A DNA stretch of 64,000 nt from Eledone cirrhosa (GCA_964016885.1 OZ024741.1:156240001-156304000); one strand, 5' to 3'; positions 43,801 through 56,970 are shown, counted from the first letter of the stretch. Notes: a model not told the origin generated them from the sequence alone. Made by a program: numbers and translations.

Positions 43801-46800
43801 TTGTTAACATATTTACATATGTACTTTATCGACTTCACTGAATGACAGAACTCCACATTTATATGAGCGTTGAAGGTTTTCATCAGAAATGGACAGTACG
43901 GGACCACCCACCTATTATCAATTTGATGACCCCGTAACGTCATAGTGAATCCACCGTTCTCAGGCCGCCTTCGTCTGTACAGTGGGTATCCGTCGCCGCC
44001 GGTCTGGGTCTCCTCAACAAACCTCTTTGGGTATCGTTTAGTGCACACATGGTCCTTGTGGCATGAGGAGAACTCTTGAAAACCGGGTCCGCACGGACCG
44101 TGCACCATGTGTGCCTTCACAATGTCGTACAGCTGCCGGTCAACAACGGGGTCCGGGATTTCCGCTGCGATGACGTCATCTATAACTGTAGGGTCTATTT
44201 TGGTGACCAACCAAACCAAAATGTGCGCGTGTGGCAACCCTCTCTTCTGCCACTCAACAGTATACATGTGGCACCTTAGAGGCCCGAAAACCTTCCCTTT
44301 TTTTATTAGATCAATTAGGTTAGCCAGCTTCTGCCTGAAACCCCTGGCAATAATATCATGCTGATGGCAGTACCTCTGCCCTGGGATAAGTTCCCGCGTA
44401 ACCTCAACCCACTTGGGCTTACACGTAAACGTGATGAATAACTCGGGGCGCCCATAATGCCGAACGAACGTCATAGCGTCCTGTGTTCGCTCGTGCATGT
44501 ACCGCGCCCCCTCCCCGTATAGGTTGAGGGGAGAATGCACATTTTGCCGATGTTCGCGGGGTCAGTGTCATTCCTGATGCCGTCACGCAAATGGATGTAG
44601 GAGTCTGAGCGCAGCTGCTTCTGATTCAATTTTATGAAGCACAGTCTCTCCGACTCCATCTTTGCAGCCATGTCAATTGCAAACTGGTGAAACAGTTCTC
44701 GTGACCTGTGCAGGGTGCTGAAATCGTTAGGCCTCGTCATGAAGCGGTATGAGTATAAAGCCATGCATGAAACAGCTTTAGATGTTGCAGCAGTGGGCTC
44801 GTTTGGTTTGCGCTGAGGAATGCCGAAATGGTACCCGTCTATTCCGTATGCAAAGAGAACGGGATACTGCAGGGCGTCGTATGAACGATGCGTCTCATTA
44901 ATACGTCGAAGACCACTGTCACGACTTTGAAGAACTATGTCTTGCTTATTGTGCTGTTCATCATGGATAACTACGGCCACTTCATTGCACGAAGGAGCGT
45001 TATAACAGCGTGCGTGCTCCCCAGAAAGTCTTTTGTCAGCATCGATGACAATGGTGAAGTTTGGTGAAGGATGTGTTTCGAATGCGTATTTGAAACTGCG
45101 AATATAACTGTTGTGCTCATGAAGCATGTTTTGAAGATCGAGCAGCACGTCCCTTTCAAAAGTGTCAGCGTCAGTGTTTGCATGTGTTGGAATAACGCCG
45201 AACCACGCATCAACTTGCCTACTGTAGTTAGAAATGAAGTAAATTTGAAGGAACGAAGGCTTGCAAGATGGTACACCTGCCCCTGGACCTTGAAAGTAGG
45301 CATCCAACCACTTTCTCTGACAACGTTAGCCCCGAAAGAAGTTATTTGAAACGCACAATTGTACTTCCTGATGAGTTGAAGGAATTTGGATGACCTTGAG
45401 GTAGAACCAGTAAGTAGTTCCTTCAAAGGCTCTGGTGGTTCCCCAAGAGGGGGCAAGCTAACCTTACCGTTTAAGCAGCACATTGCAGGTGGTTCCGAAC
45501 CCACTTTTTAGCATTGCAGAATTTGCAATTGAAGCGCATTTCCCGTATATTTATGTCGGCACGCATCGAGTAGTTAACGTTGGGCTCATACTTGAAAGCC
45601 CGTAGGTGCCAGTATGGGCTGTCGGAGCTCGTCACACCGTGGGCAGCTTCTTGTCGTCGACTGGTCCGCTCCAACGTAGAATGTTGCTCCTGTGGGTCGT
45701 GGGAAGCTCTCGCAGCAGTAGCAGAAGTCACCCTTGCAATCCTAGTGGAGCGCCCGTCTGCATCTTCAGAAGCCATGGAATCAGTCATAGCCGCAGCGTT
45801 CCTAGCAAGGCGATTCATCCGCCGTTCCAAACCTTCCAAAGCCCTGGAAGCAGCAGTAGCCGCACTGTTTCTATTCAGGCGAGTCGACCTTTGTTCCGGG
45901 CTCTCTGAAGCCCTGGAAGTAGCAGTAGAAGCGTTTTTGGGGGAATGACGTATCCCCCGCTCCGAATCGCACATCGCAGCACGTCTCGAGGCGTCGTATG
46001 AAGCCATCTTGACTAGGCGTGCGGTGCGGTGTTGAAAACTTTCAGCAGCTCTGCATTCCGCTGAACGGAAGGCGCTCTGTGAAAGTCTTAAAGCAGTTTC
46101 CTCGGGGGGTTCGTTTGCTGTAATCGCCCTCTGCGCCGCCGCTGACGCAGTATGGCGACCGAGGCGACTTCTCTTTTTATGTGGCATTGTATGTGAAAAA
46201 GAAAGGGTGAAAGTTACTTCTACAGCAAAATTGCCTTTGAAAGTGTAAGGGTGAAAACTGTCTGCGTTCCGCAGGTGAAAAAATGGGAGAACGAACGGTT
46301 AATAAATAACTCACAGTTTGTTGAAAGCGCGCTTCTGTCAGCAATTTGAAGTTGTTTGGCCAAAAATCTCTATTTGTTTGTTTTTTTCACTCAATAAACG
46401 TGTAAATATGTTATAAACAAAATGTAATTGTGTGTGAGCATGTATTTTTTTTTTTTTGAATAGAGAGAGGAAATTATTTCCGTAATTGTGAGTGATTTTG
46501 AAATAAATAAATAGTCGTTGATCTAAGTTAGACCATTTACAACATTCTTACAGAGGCAAATAAATAACTCACAGTTTGTTTAAAGCGCGCTTCTGTCAGC
46601 AATGTGAAGTTGTTTGGCCAAAAATCCCTATGTGGTTTTTTTTTCACTCAATAAACGTGTAAATATGTTATACACAAAATGTAATTGTGTGAAATTATTA
46701 AGGAGTGGGTTTATAAACGTATATAAGAGATGTAAGCGTCATGTATTTAACGTTTGTCTCTGTCTCTGACTCTCTGGCTACCTCCTTTATTTTCTCTCTC

Positions 46801-47105
46801 TCTCTAAAGGAAATTATTAAGGAGTGGGTTTATAAGCGTATATAAGAGAAGGTTGCAGTATGTATGGAAGGTAGGTAAAGTAACTCAGATTGTATTAGGG
46901 GGGGGGGGGGTAAAGCGTCATGTATTTAGTTTTATCGATTATTTTCGTAATTGTGGGTGAGCTTGAAATAAATAAATAGTCGTTGACCTAAGTTAGGCCA
47001 TTTGCTATATTCCTACACACTTTGAGTCGAATCGGTTTGGAATTGTGCAAATGTATAAACATGGAACATGTGCACACACGACAATCTGCCTTTTATAGAT
47101 AATGA
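40858..47105 (-). mobile_element. Degenerate autonomous-type Helitron
   Basis: 3' CTAG at 40858-40861 with hairpin CCG-GTGTTGCT-CGG, probable 5' TC at 47105-47104, A|T insertion, Rep-Hel ORF pieces. Confidence 0.92.
41700..46187 (-). pseudogene. Helitron Rep(HUH)-PIF1 helicase, frameshifted
   Basis: PELFITFTC, EWQKRGLPHAHIL (HUH), KYICKYVNKG, DAPGGTGKT, DECTM, RQTLPV, CNGTRL, FAMSINKAQGQT, FSHGQL. Confidence 0.95.
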
Positions 47106-47548
47106 TGTCGGGTCACTCTTGAGAGCTACTGGTAACATGTAACCCAGTACAACCTGTCGCAAGGTCGGATTGTCGGCGATTAAACCGGCGACCTCACCAA
47201 GTTACTTGGTGAGGAGGGTGATTTTGGACACCCTGCAAGACAAAAAGCAAAACCTGACAAAGGGCGGAAGAACTCATAACAGTCAACGGCCATCCAAAAG
47301 TGTGTAAATATGTATATACACATGGACATATGTATGTATATGTATATGTGTATATACATGGCTGCATGTGTGTGTATATGCGCAGGGGCATAGAAATAGT
47401 CGGGCTGGACACCCGATCGCGCGGTTAGACCACTGGGAGTGAAGGACCCCTAGCCTTTGTCGGGGCATTCTTCTAGGAGAAGGCAACTCAGGAAACTGGA
47501 ATAACTCCGATATAAAACCTGCGGGTCAATAGTTACCGATGATGTTGA
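47106..47548 (+). mobile_element. RTE-type 5' region fragment interrupted by a microsatellite
   Basis: TGTCGGGTCAC..GCTACTGGTAACATGT..CCCAGTACAACCTGTC and CTAGGAGAAGG match the reverse strand of 57300-57600. Confidence 0.65.
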
Positions 47549-47562
47549 TATATATATATATA

Positions 47563-48057
47563 TAAATGTAAGTATGTATGTATACGTACATACATGTATG
47601 TATACAGACGTACAGTTGTATGTATATATATACATACATGCACACATATATATATGCACGTATCGGTTTACCGAACATTTATTATAATGCTCGGTTTGTT
47701 TGTTTGTAAACAAACAAACAGCCCGAACGCCGTACAGTGTTTAGGCAACCACGTCACCTTTTTGTTCAACACTGACACAGGAACGATGTACTAGTTTCAA
47801 GCTTATTAGCTATCGTCAGTATCGTATACCTTTCTGCCAGATGGTTGAACGTCTGAAAGTATATACTTTCCTTATGCATATTAACGGCTGAGCAAGCTAA
47901 TTTGCATATCGAGTGAGTTAGTCGGCCGGGCGCACCGAAACGATAAATGGAAAAGAATGAAACGAAATTTCATTTCTCACTCTTAGTACGGCTGGTACTT
48001 AAATGTAAGTATGTATGTATGTTTGTAAACAAACAAACAGCCCGAATTACGCCGTAC
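47563..48057 (-). mobile_element. About 437-bp HHR monomer with terminal redundancy (family of 25905)
   Basis: TAAATGTAAGTATGTATG at 47563 and 48000. Confidence 0.8.
47784..47824 (-). ncRNA. Type I hammerhead, intact core
   Basis: Reverse complement reads cgata-CTGACGA-t-agct-aata-agct-t-GAAA-cta-GTA-catcg. Confidence 0.8.
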
Positions 48058-48437
48058 ATTTATTGGTCGGTGACGCGCGTTTCGCCACTGATCAGCTCAA
48101 TGTTCGATCTGTATCTATCTTACCCGACTCTATAATCGGCAGCTCGACGGACCCTATGCTAGTAGATAATGAATATTCATTTTCTACTAGCATTTTAAAG
48201 GGTACGTCGAGCTGCCGATTATAGAGTCGGGTAAGATAGATACAGATCGAACCTTGAGCTGATCAGTGGCGAAACGCGCGTCACCTACCAATAAATGTAA
48301 TGAAGGAGTAACCAATCGTCCTTGTTATCCTTTCAATATATTACACTCTGTATAGCTCTACACCTCAACACAGAAGTGAATCTAAACACCGAGTGCTCAC
48401 CCGGGTGAACCTGCAGTAACTCCAAGTTACACTGCCT
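48055..48437. repeat. Fold-back (48055-48155 / 48199-48299) with internal hairpin and right tail
   Basis: Reverse-complement arms; central ATGCTAGTAGA..TCTACTAGCAT; contains GAAACGCGCGTC. Confidence 0.88.
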
Positions 48438-49008
48438 ATATATATATATACATATATATATGTATGTATATGAATTGGCAGTTACACTAAGATAGCGTTT
48501 AAGCATAACAAGGTGTAAAAAAAACATTTATAAACATATATTATACTTTGTATATAAGATGTCCCCCAAAATATACGCACTCTTTAAAATATTATATACT
48601 CTTTAATTTACAATGAATGCATTGTTTATTGAGCAAAAAACAATTCGATGAGAGAACAGTTTTGGGGAACGTCCTTTATAATAAGTATATGGGCAAAACC
48701 GCTATCAAAGATCAGTATTTTTTCGCTACGAAAAATATATTTGTCTCTATATTCCTCTGTGAATATGTCATAACGTTGCCAATATGCCTGAGAAAGTTTT
48801 TTATCTTTTATCAGTGACACTCACCCAACTTGTACTCGCATAGACATAGACGAGTCCATACAGAATTTGGAGTGATGAACATTTGCTGGAAATGGTCATT
48901 TGCATACAGTGCGTGGTTGGCTGGTAATAATTAGTTGGTGGCAGAACTAAGACAGTGTTTAAGTATAACAGAGGTGTATATGAAAACATATATAAACATA
49001 AATTATAC

Positions 49009-49044
<36 letters not shown>

Positions 49045-49146
49045 ATAATAATAAATTTGAAGACTAAAATCCAAAGAGTGCTCGAAGGGTGAAAGCAGCG
49101 ATTCTTTGCTTAAACTTTAATCTGTTATTTTAATAAATATATATAT

Positions 49147-49232
<86 letters not shown>

Positions 49233-50690
49233 GTGTGTGTGTGTGATTGTGTGAGTGAGTGTGTGTGTGCGTGCCAGCGAGTGTGTGTTTCTATGAGTGT
49301 GTGCCTGTGTGTTTGTGTGCATGTGCACGTGTGTGCATCCATTCTAGAATGTTTGCACCATTCCCAACCATGAAATTTGTTAACAACTTCAAACTAGCAT
49401 ATATATTAGAGAAAGTGAGAATCTTTGAGAGTTAAAATCAATATTTGCACCTTCCCTTTATATTTCTTCCAGTAAAACCTGTCGGTGATTGACCTGTTAG
49501 TTCGCGTATCGATAACTATATCTGATTAGTCAATAATAGATTGCAAGTCGCAAAAATACAAGAAACTCGTTAGTAATGATATTTCCAATTTTATCGATTT
49601 CACCTAACATGTAATTCAATATAATAACATCACGTTATGTCCTAATTTATCAAACTATCTGCAATATGGAAATCAATCAAAGCAGCTAACTCTGTCAAAC
49701 CTAGAACTTCTGAAATGATAATCAAAGAAGTTTTACTTTGTGAATCCATCACCTGAAGACACGTAGTCAAGTGGTTAAGGTGTTAGATTCACACTCATCA
49801 TGTTGTAGGTTCAATTCCTGAACCATGCGATGTGTTCTCTTATGGTGCAAGAAGCTTCATTTCACGTTGCTTTTCGTGATTGGAGTTGGATTCCTATCCT
49901 TCAATCACCCTATAAATATTTAACGATATACTTTCTCGTAGGTGTCCAGCTAAACCTACCAACGTCTGAGCAGTAACGACAACATTATAGGACTACGACC
50001 CATCATTAAAACACACCAGAAACTTCCGATGCAATGTTGGCTCGTAGGACGCTAGTTAAACTTGCATAGGTGTGAGCTGTAAATTTCTTCTCCCCTCATC
50101 TACATTATGCGTGGTTAAGAGGTTTGCTTCACAGCGAGGTTCATAAAAGAAGTAGAAGTATTACGTTCAGTGTATGTGAGAAACGCTCGCTTGGTAATCT
50201 CGCCTGCAGGCACAGCTGAGGTTAAGAAATTCCCTTTGTAATCACTTAAGAAACTGATTGAGTACCTGTTACTATAAATTCTTGTTTACCCAGGCGATGT
50301 GAGCGAAATTCGGTATAAGAAAAGTGTTTGGAATACGTCGGATGAACTGTACACCATGCCATGCTAAGTGTCTCGAGAGAATTTCGTCAATTGTAAGCAT
50401 TTTTTTAGCAATATTCAGTCACTTGTACGTTAATTTCATAAACAGATTATTCTATTGCTTCGAATAAATGGAACATTTCATTTTATGTTGCTTTTGACTA
50501 CTTGTCTAATATCGCTGGCTGCCAATAGCAGCCATGTATGATGAATGCAGTCACGTTGAAGTCTCGTAATCTGTTACTTAATGCTACTGAAACCGTCATA
50601 AGCTCTGATCCACTGACCCTCTGGGCTTGGAAGATGCTTTAACTTAACTTGAAATAATATAGTACCCCGACAACCCCACACGACTCACTG

Positions 50691-50744
<54 letters not shown>

Positions 50745-50959
50745 ATACTACTATTACTACTACTACCAGTACCAATACCAGTATATATCGTCACATAACT
50801 AGTAATAACATAGCACCATCACCACCACCACTTCCACCTCCACCACCATCTCTAATGCTATTGCCTATACTGCTACTACTGCTATGAACGCTACTACTAG
50901 TATGTATCTTCACATAACTAGTAACAATATAGTACCATCCCCACTACCACCACCACCAT

Positions 50960-51006
<47 letters not shown>

Positions 51007-51201
51007 GTAGTAGTAGTAGTATATATCATACATCTATATATCTAAAACAGAGAATGTCTGTCTGTCTGACTCCCTAAAACTCGAGAACCACCCAACCGAT
51101 TGTTTTCTAACTTTACACATGTAATACTTGTGGCCCTGTGAGTGTTTTGAGCAAAGATTTCAAGTTTTCAATGCCCTAGGGACCGCATAAGGCGATTTAG
51201 C

Positions 51202-51243
<42 letters not shown>

Positions 51244-51489
51244 TCTGTCTCTTTTTAGATAGATACATAGATATAACGTTGCGCCCTTATAATATCTGTC
51301 TGCATGTCTGGCTGTCTGCATTACCACATTATGACGCGGTGTGTGTGTGTATATTTGTATATATATATATATATATAGTGTGTAACGTTTTTCGAAATAT
51401 TTACTTCTGCGTTCACAGATTGATTTTTTTAGTTTCAGAAGATCCCATTAAGGGTGTAAGCAGCGATTCTTTGCTTAAACTTTAATCTG

Positions 51490-51540
<51 letters not shown>

Positions 51541-51547
<7 letters not shown>

Positions 51548-52409
51548 GAAAGGTATAGAAAACACTGCAGCGAAAAGCCAAGACCATTCCATAATATATA
51601 AGTGACTATAGCGTCTAAATGGGAAAAATAGTTAACGTAAGATGTGGGAAAAATAATTCAAACTCATCTCAAAGAGAATCAGGATATAAATTCATCCACA
51701 GAATTTAGTGAAATCCAGGGAAAAATCATAGAGCCTTAACTCATGATAAAATAAAGTTTAAAATACTTATCCTTCAATTTGGAAAAACTTTAAATGCTCT
51801 GTATAGTCTTAAAGACTATTTCATGAAAACTTTCAGTGGAGATGGTCACGGTTGGAATTCAATCCTCAGCAGAGCTCAACTCGATAACCAGGATTCTCAC
51901 AGATTTATATGCCAAAAGGGAATTTTAAAACAGGTTAGTTTACCATCATGCGTGATTATGAAAAACGCACATGAGGAAAGACATGGCTAGTGACGTCAGA
52001 ATGAGATGAATGATTGTTTACAAGAAACAACAGTCAAAAACATTCCGAAAATTACTCTACAAAAGGAGTTCAGCAAAAAGCAATATTATCGCAGTTTTTT
52101 ATTAAAAAAACCGGGATTAGTCACAAATAATTTAAGCACTCTAGGAAAAAAATCCGAGTATAAATATATAAATGAAAGGTATAGAAAACACTGCAGCGAA
52201 AAGCCAACAGCATTCCATAACATATAAGTGACTATAGCGTCAAAATGGGAAAAATAATTAACGTAAGATGTGGGAAAAATAATTCAAACTCATCTCAAAG
52301 AGAATCAGGATATAAATTCATCCACAGAATTTAGTGAAATCCAGGGAAAAATCAATAGAGCCTTAGCTCATGATAAAATAAAGTTTAAAATACTCATCCT
52401 TCAATTTGG

Positions 52410-52412
<3 letters not shown>
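51541..52412 (-). mobile_element. 626-bp HHR monomer, about 1.4 tandem copies
   Basis: AATGAAAGGTATAGAAAACACTGCAGCG at 51545 and 52171; (TA)n flanks. Confidence 0.85.
51796..51875 (-). ncRNA. Type I hammerhead with full stems
   Basis: Reverse complement reads gctctg-CTGAGGA-ttga...tcat-GAAA-tagtct-tta-agacta-TA-cagagc. Confidence 0.8.
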
Positions 52413-52486
<74 letters not shown>

Positions 52487-52660
52487 GGTACAGATCATTT
52501 TGCATACACAATAACAAAATATAAACAAAAGTATTTATTTCGCGATAAAGTATTGATTTGCTTCGCACGGAAAAAACCCTGGTAATCTACGACGAATTTT
52601 TTTATAAGCACAAATTGTAGACACCACCCCGAGGCCGTGGTATTCCGTACTTCTCTGTAG

Positions 52661-52750
<90 letters not shown>

Positions 52751-52754
<4 letters not shown>

Positions 52755-53696
52755 AGATAAGCAGAACAAGTAAAATTCAACCAATTTTTCAAAATAAATC
52801 AAAATTAATATACAATTAAAATTAATCAAAATTAAAAAATATAATATAAATATTTACCTATTCAAATGGCCCTAACTGTACAGTTTCACGGTGCAAAACA
52901 TTAAATATCACGAGGATATTAATGGAAAAGCAACGATCATCAGAGAAGCATTTTCCTGTCCTAGGGTTAAAAACCCCAGGAACCACAAAATATATGACCT
53001 CACTCCAACTAATACAGGTCTAAAAGGTCGTGAAAGTGACCCGTAAATACATTGGTGTATAGTGAAGGCGGGAAATCGTAGACTCGCCGTCTATAATCGC
53101 CACTAAAAAAAAAATTTTTAGTAACTAAATAGAACGACAAATTTTTATCTCTACATACTGGAGATTATTGAATAAGGTTAATATATATCTGAGGGTACAA
53201 TGTACCCCCGGAAATATATAGTGTGTCTATGATTTAAGGTGGTTCTATGGTAATAATTTGATATACCAGAACTTAATATCAAGATAAGCAGAACAAGTAA
53301 AATTCAACCAATTTTTCAAAATAAATCAAAATTAATATACAATTAAAATTAATCAAAATTAAAAAATATAATATAAATATTTACCTATTCAAATGGCCCT
53401 AACTGTACAGTTTCACGGTGCAAAACATTAAATATCACGAGGATATTAATGGAAAAGCAACGATCATCAGAGAAGCATTTTCCTGTCCTAGGGTTAAAAA
53501 CCCCAGGAACGACAAAATATATGACCTCACTCCAACTAATACAGGTTTAAAAGGTCGTGAAAGTGACCCGTAAATACATTGGTGTATAGTGAAGGCGGGA
53601 AATCGTAGACTCGCCGTCTATAATCGCCACTAAAAAAAAAAATTTTTAGTAACTAAATAGAACGACAAATTTTTATCTCTACATACTGGAGATTAT

Positions 53697-53699
<3 letters not shown>
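52751..53699 (-). mobile_element. 527-bp HHR monomer, about 1.8 tandem copies (HHRs 52869-52949, 53396-53476)
   Basis: ATCAAGATAAGCAGAACAAG at 52751 and 53278; CTGATGA..GAAACTGTACAGTTA on -. Confidence 0.88.
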
Positions 53700-53732
<33 letters not shown>

Positions 53733-53793
53733 ATAATAATAAAATTGATGACTACGCCGGGCCATTCTGCTTAAACTTTAATCTGTTATTTTA

Positions 53794-53836
<43 letters not shown>

Positions 53837-54669
53837 TATATTCGTGTACATATATTTTTGCATACACAATAACAAAATATATACAAACGTATTTATTTCA
53901 CGAGGCTCGATAAGGATAAATATATATCAAATATATAAGAACCCTAGAGCAAATCCCGAGCAACGCCGGGCCATTCTGCTAGTCATCACTACATTGTAAG
54001 GCAATAACTCTTGAGAGAAAATCTAAGCGGCTGATCTCAGAACTGATCAGTCACATTACTCATAGTAACTTTCCTATCAACTCAATTGAAAGTGTCGTCA
54101 CAGATTATACCATTTTGTACTTTCTGTCCTTAAATATATATACGCCCCGATGACTGTGTTAAAATCTGATCACCTCCTTAAAGGTTTTTAACATCATTAG
54201 TACAGTACCAACATAACTTACTGACAAATTGGAGCTGATGTTTTATCGTTTTGTTTTTATCTTTAATTTTTTTTTTTGCTATTATAGTTTATGAAGACCA
54301 AGAAAGAAAACAAAATATAAGAAAATAGGAAAGAAAAAGATTAGAAAAAAAAGGGAAAGAAAACTTTTAACTACTTCCTTTTTCAGTAAGCACTTATCTT
54401 GTAAAAGATTTTCGAAAGCCATTTACGATTTCCGCTGTAGGTATTCCAGACCCACTAAATAAGTATATATGAAGTAAATTGACTATTATTCTTGAAATTC
54501 AGTGCATAAGGACTTTATTTTTAGTAATAATTATATATACGAGCTTTATAGACAGACAGTTTAAAAAATAAACTGCTTAACGGGTTTTTCGCATATTCTG
54601 ATAACTTTCTATATAAATATGGTATTCTATGACGCTACATACATACATACATATACACGCGCACACACA

Positions 54670-54761
<92 letters not shown>

Positions 54762-54762
<1 letters not shown>

Positions 54763-55350
54763 GTGTAAGGTTAATATATCTGAGGGTACAATGTGCCCCC
54801 AGAAATACATGGTTGTCTATGATTCAAGGTGGTTCTATGGTAATAATTTGATATACCAGAACTTAATATGAAGATAAGCAGAACAAGTAAAATTCAACCA
54901 ATTTTTCAAAATAAATCAAATTAATTTACAATTAAAATTAATCAAAATTAAAAAATATAATATAAATATTTACCTATTCGGGTTGCTCTTACTGTACAGT
55001 TTCACTTTGCAAAACATTAGATATCACATGGATATTAATGGAAAAGCAAAGATCATCAGAGAAGCATTTTCCTTTCCTAGGGGTAAAAACCCCAGGAACG
55101 ATAAAATATATGACCTGACTCCAACTAATACAGGTCTGAAAGGTCGTGAAAGTGACCCATAAATACGTTGGTGTATAGTGAAGGCGGGAAATCGTAGACT
55201 TGTTGTCTATGTTTGCCACCCAAAAAATAAATTTTTAGCAGCTAGATAGAACGACAGAGTTTTTTCTCTACATAATCGGAGAATAAAGTGTAAGGTTAAT
55301 ATATCTGAGGGTACAATGTACCCCCAGAAATACATGGTTGTCTATGATTC

Positions 55351-55354
<4 letters not shown>
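54762..55354 (-). mobile_element. 525-bp monomer of the same family, about 1.1 copies, different start register
   Basis: AGTGTAAGGTTAATATATCTGAGGG at 54762 and 55287. Confidence 0.88.
54984..55066 (-). ncRNA. Type I hammerhead, extended stem II
   Basis: Reverse complement reads tgcttct-CTGATGA-t-ctttgc..hairpin..gcaaag-t-GAAA-ctgtaca-GTA-agagca. Confidence 0.82.
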
Positions 55355-55391
<37 letters not shown>

Positions 55392-55515
55392 TTATCCAGA
55401 TGTGGGTTCGACTCCCATGTACGTCAATACTCATCTTTTTCCATTTCTCAGAGGGTTGTTAACCCCACTATCAAGCTAAATAATTTCTTTAGTCAAAATA
55501 CGGCGATAGCTTATA

Positions 55516-55574
<59 letters not shown>

Positions 55575-55677
55575 CACGCGCACACGCATACACACACACA
55601 TTATATATATATATACATGATGGCTGCTCCCTCGTTATCGATTATGGCCATTGCACGAGGAAAAAAAACATAATAAT

Positions 55678-55865
55678 AATTGTTTCTACGTTTGGCACAA
55701 GGCCAGCAATTACCCAGTGCATTACTGATACTTTATTTTATCGACCCCGTAAGGATGAAAGGCAAAGTTAACCTCGGCGAGATTTGAATTCAAATGGCAA
55801 GGGCCGTAACTCTATGCGTCAAAGCATGGTGTCCGACCCTCTACCGATACGGCCAATCCACAACA
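55678..55865 (-). mobile_element. tRNA/Deu-domain SINE
   Basis: Reverse complement of the 31694 family. Confidence 0.85.
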
Positions 55866-55989
55866 ATAATAATATACGTATATATATATACACACACGCG
55901 CACACACAATAGCATATACACACACACACACACACACACAATTAACAGCACTGCGATCGAATGTGGCTTTTTGGCCCAGCCAATAATCT

Positions 55990-56970
55990 AAAATGTCTTG
56001 CACAGAGTTGGCAACCAAAATATTAACTGGGAATAGCCGGCTGTGGTTGGAGTTCATGTACTTTTGCATGTTGTTTGAGCCCTCCTGCTGATTTACATTC
56101 TATACCACATGCTTGGCAAGCATGATGAGTAGCATCTCCAACAGCAGCCTGGTAGTCAACCACTGGTCTTACTTTATGACTGCGAAGATGACTTTCGAGT
56201 CCAGCTTTGCTTGGCAGAGTCTCGCACAGACGCTGCATGTCAGCACCATAGGAGGACCTTCGCCCTCTGGAAATGCAACAGCAATGCCCTTCCTCACATG
56301 CCGCTTTACTTTCTCGTATGCGATTCGAGATGCCTCAAAGGCAACTTTCCCCTCATATACAGTCTTTCTCCATTTATTACGATCAGCAGCAACATTTTCC
56401 CATGTATCAGCAGAGATGTTAGAGTCTTTCAAAGAGGTTTTCAATGAATCCTTATGCCTTTTTTTTTGGTTTATGTGGCGGTCGTTTTCCTTTAAATAAC
56501 TCTCCATAAAATAGTTGTTTTGGTATTCTAGAATCCTTCATCCTGGCAAGGTGACCACTGCAATGGAGTCGTTGTTTAAGCACAAGAGCTTCTATACTGT
56601 CACACAGAGCTTTCCAAAATCTCGACATCACTGATGTGGTCCCTCCAGTGAACGCCATGGATCCGTCTGAGACACATCTGATGGTAACGCTCCAATTGCT
56701 TAAGGTGGTGTCGATATGTGACTCACGTTTCGCAGGCATAAAGAAGAGAGCACACATGCCTTGTACACCTTTACCTTTGTCTTCTTGCTTATGTCTCGCC
56801 GAACCCAGAGTCGCCTTCTAGCTTTCCGAAAGCATCACTTGCTTTCCTAATCCTCAGTGAGATTACATTATCAAGGTTGCTGTATCGATTGACAGTGCTT
56901 CCCAGGTAGACAAACTGATCAACCACTCCAAGTCGTTTACCATACACATAGATATTTGGTTCACTGTACT
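55990..56970 (-). pseudogene. RTE LINE 3' ORF fragment with C2H2 fingers
   Basis: VVDQFVYLGSTV, GHLARMKDSRIPKQLFYGEL, WENVAADRNKWR, CSVC..LESHLRSH, CQAC..GLKQHAKVH. Confidence 0.88.

Larger units (their letters stand above)
51033..53982 (+). mobile_element. Non-autonomous Helitron carrying nested HHR units
   Basis: A|TC start at 51033 (similar to the 5' end of 2988-3613); hairpin CCCG-AGCAACGC-CGGG (53955-53970); CTAG|T at 53979-53982. Confidence 0.75.

Noticed and set aside
43650-45948. Plus-strand ORFs within the Helitron
   Set aside because: Antisense shadows of the Rep-Hel reading frame
48550-48930. Possible Tc1/mariner remnant (RIWSDEH-like peptide, TIR-like start)
   Set aside because: Too decayed; no second TIR found
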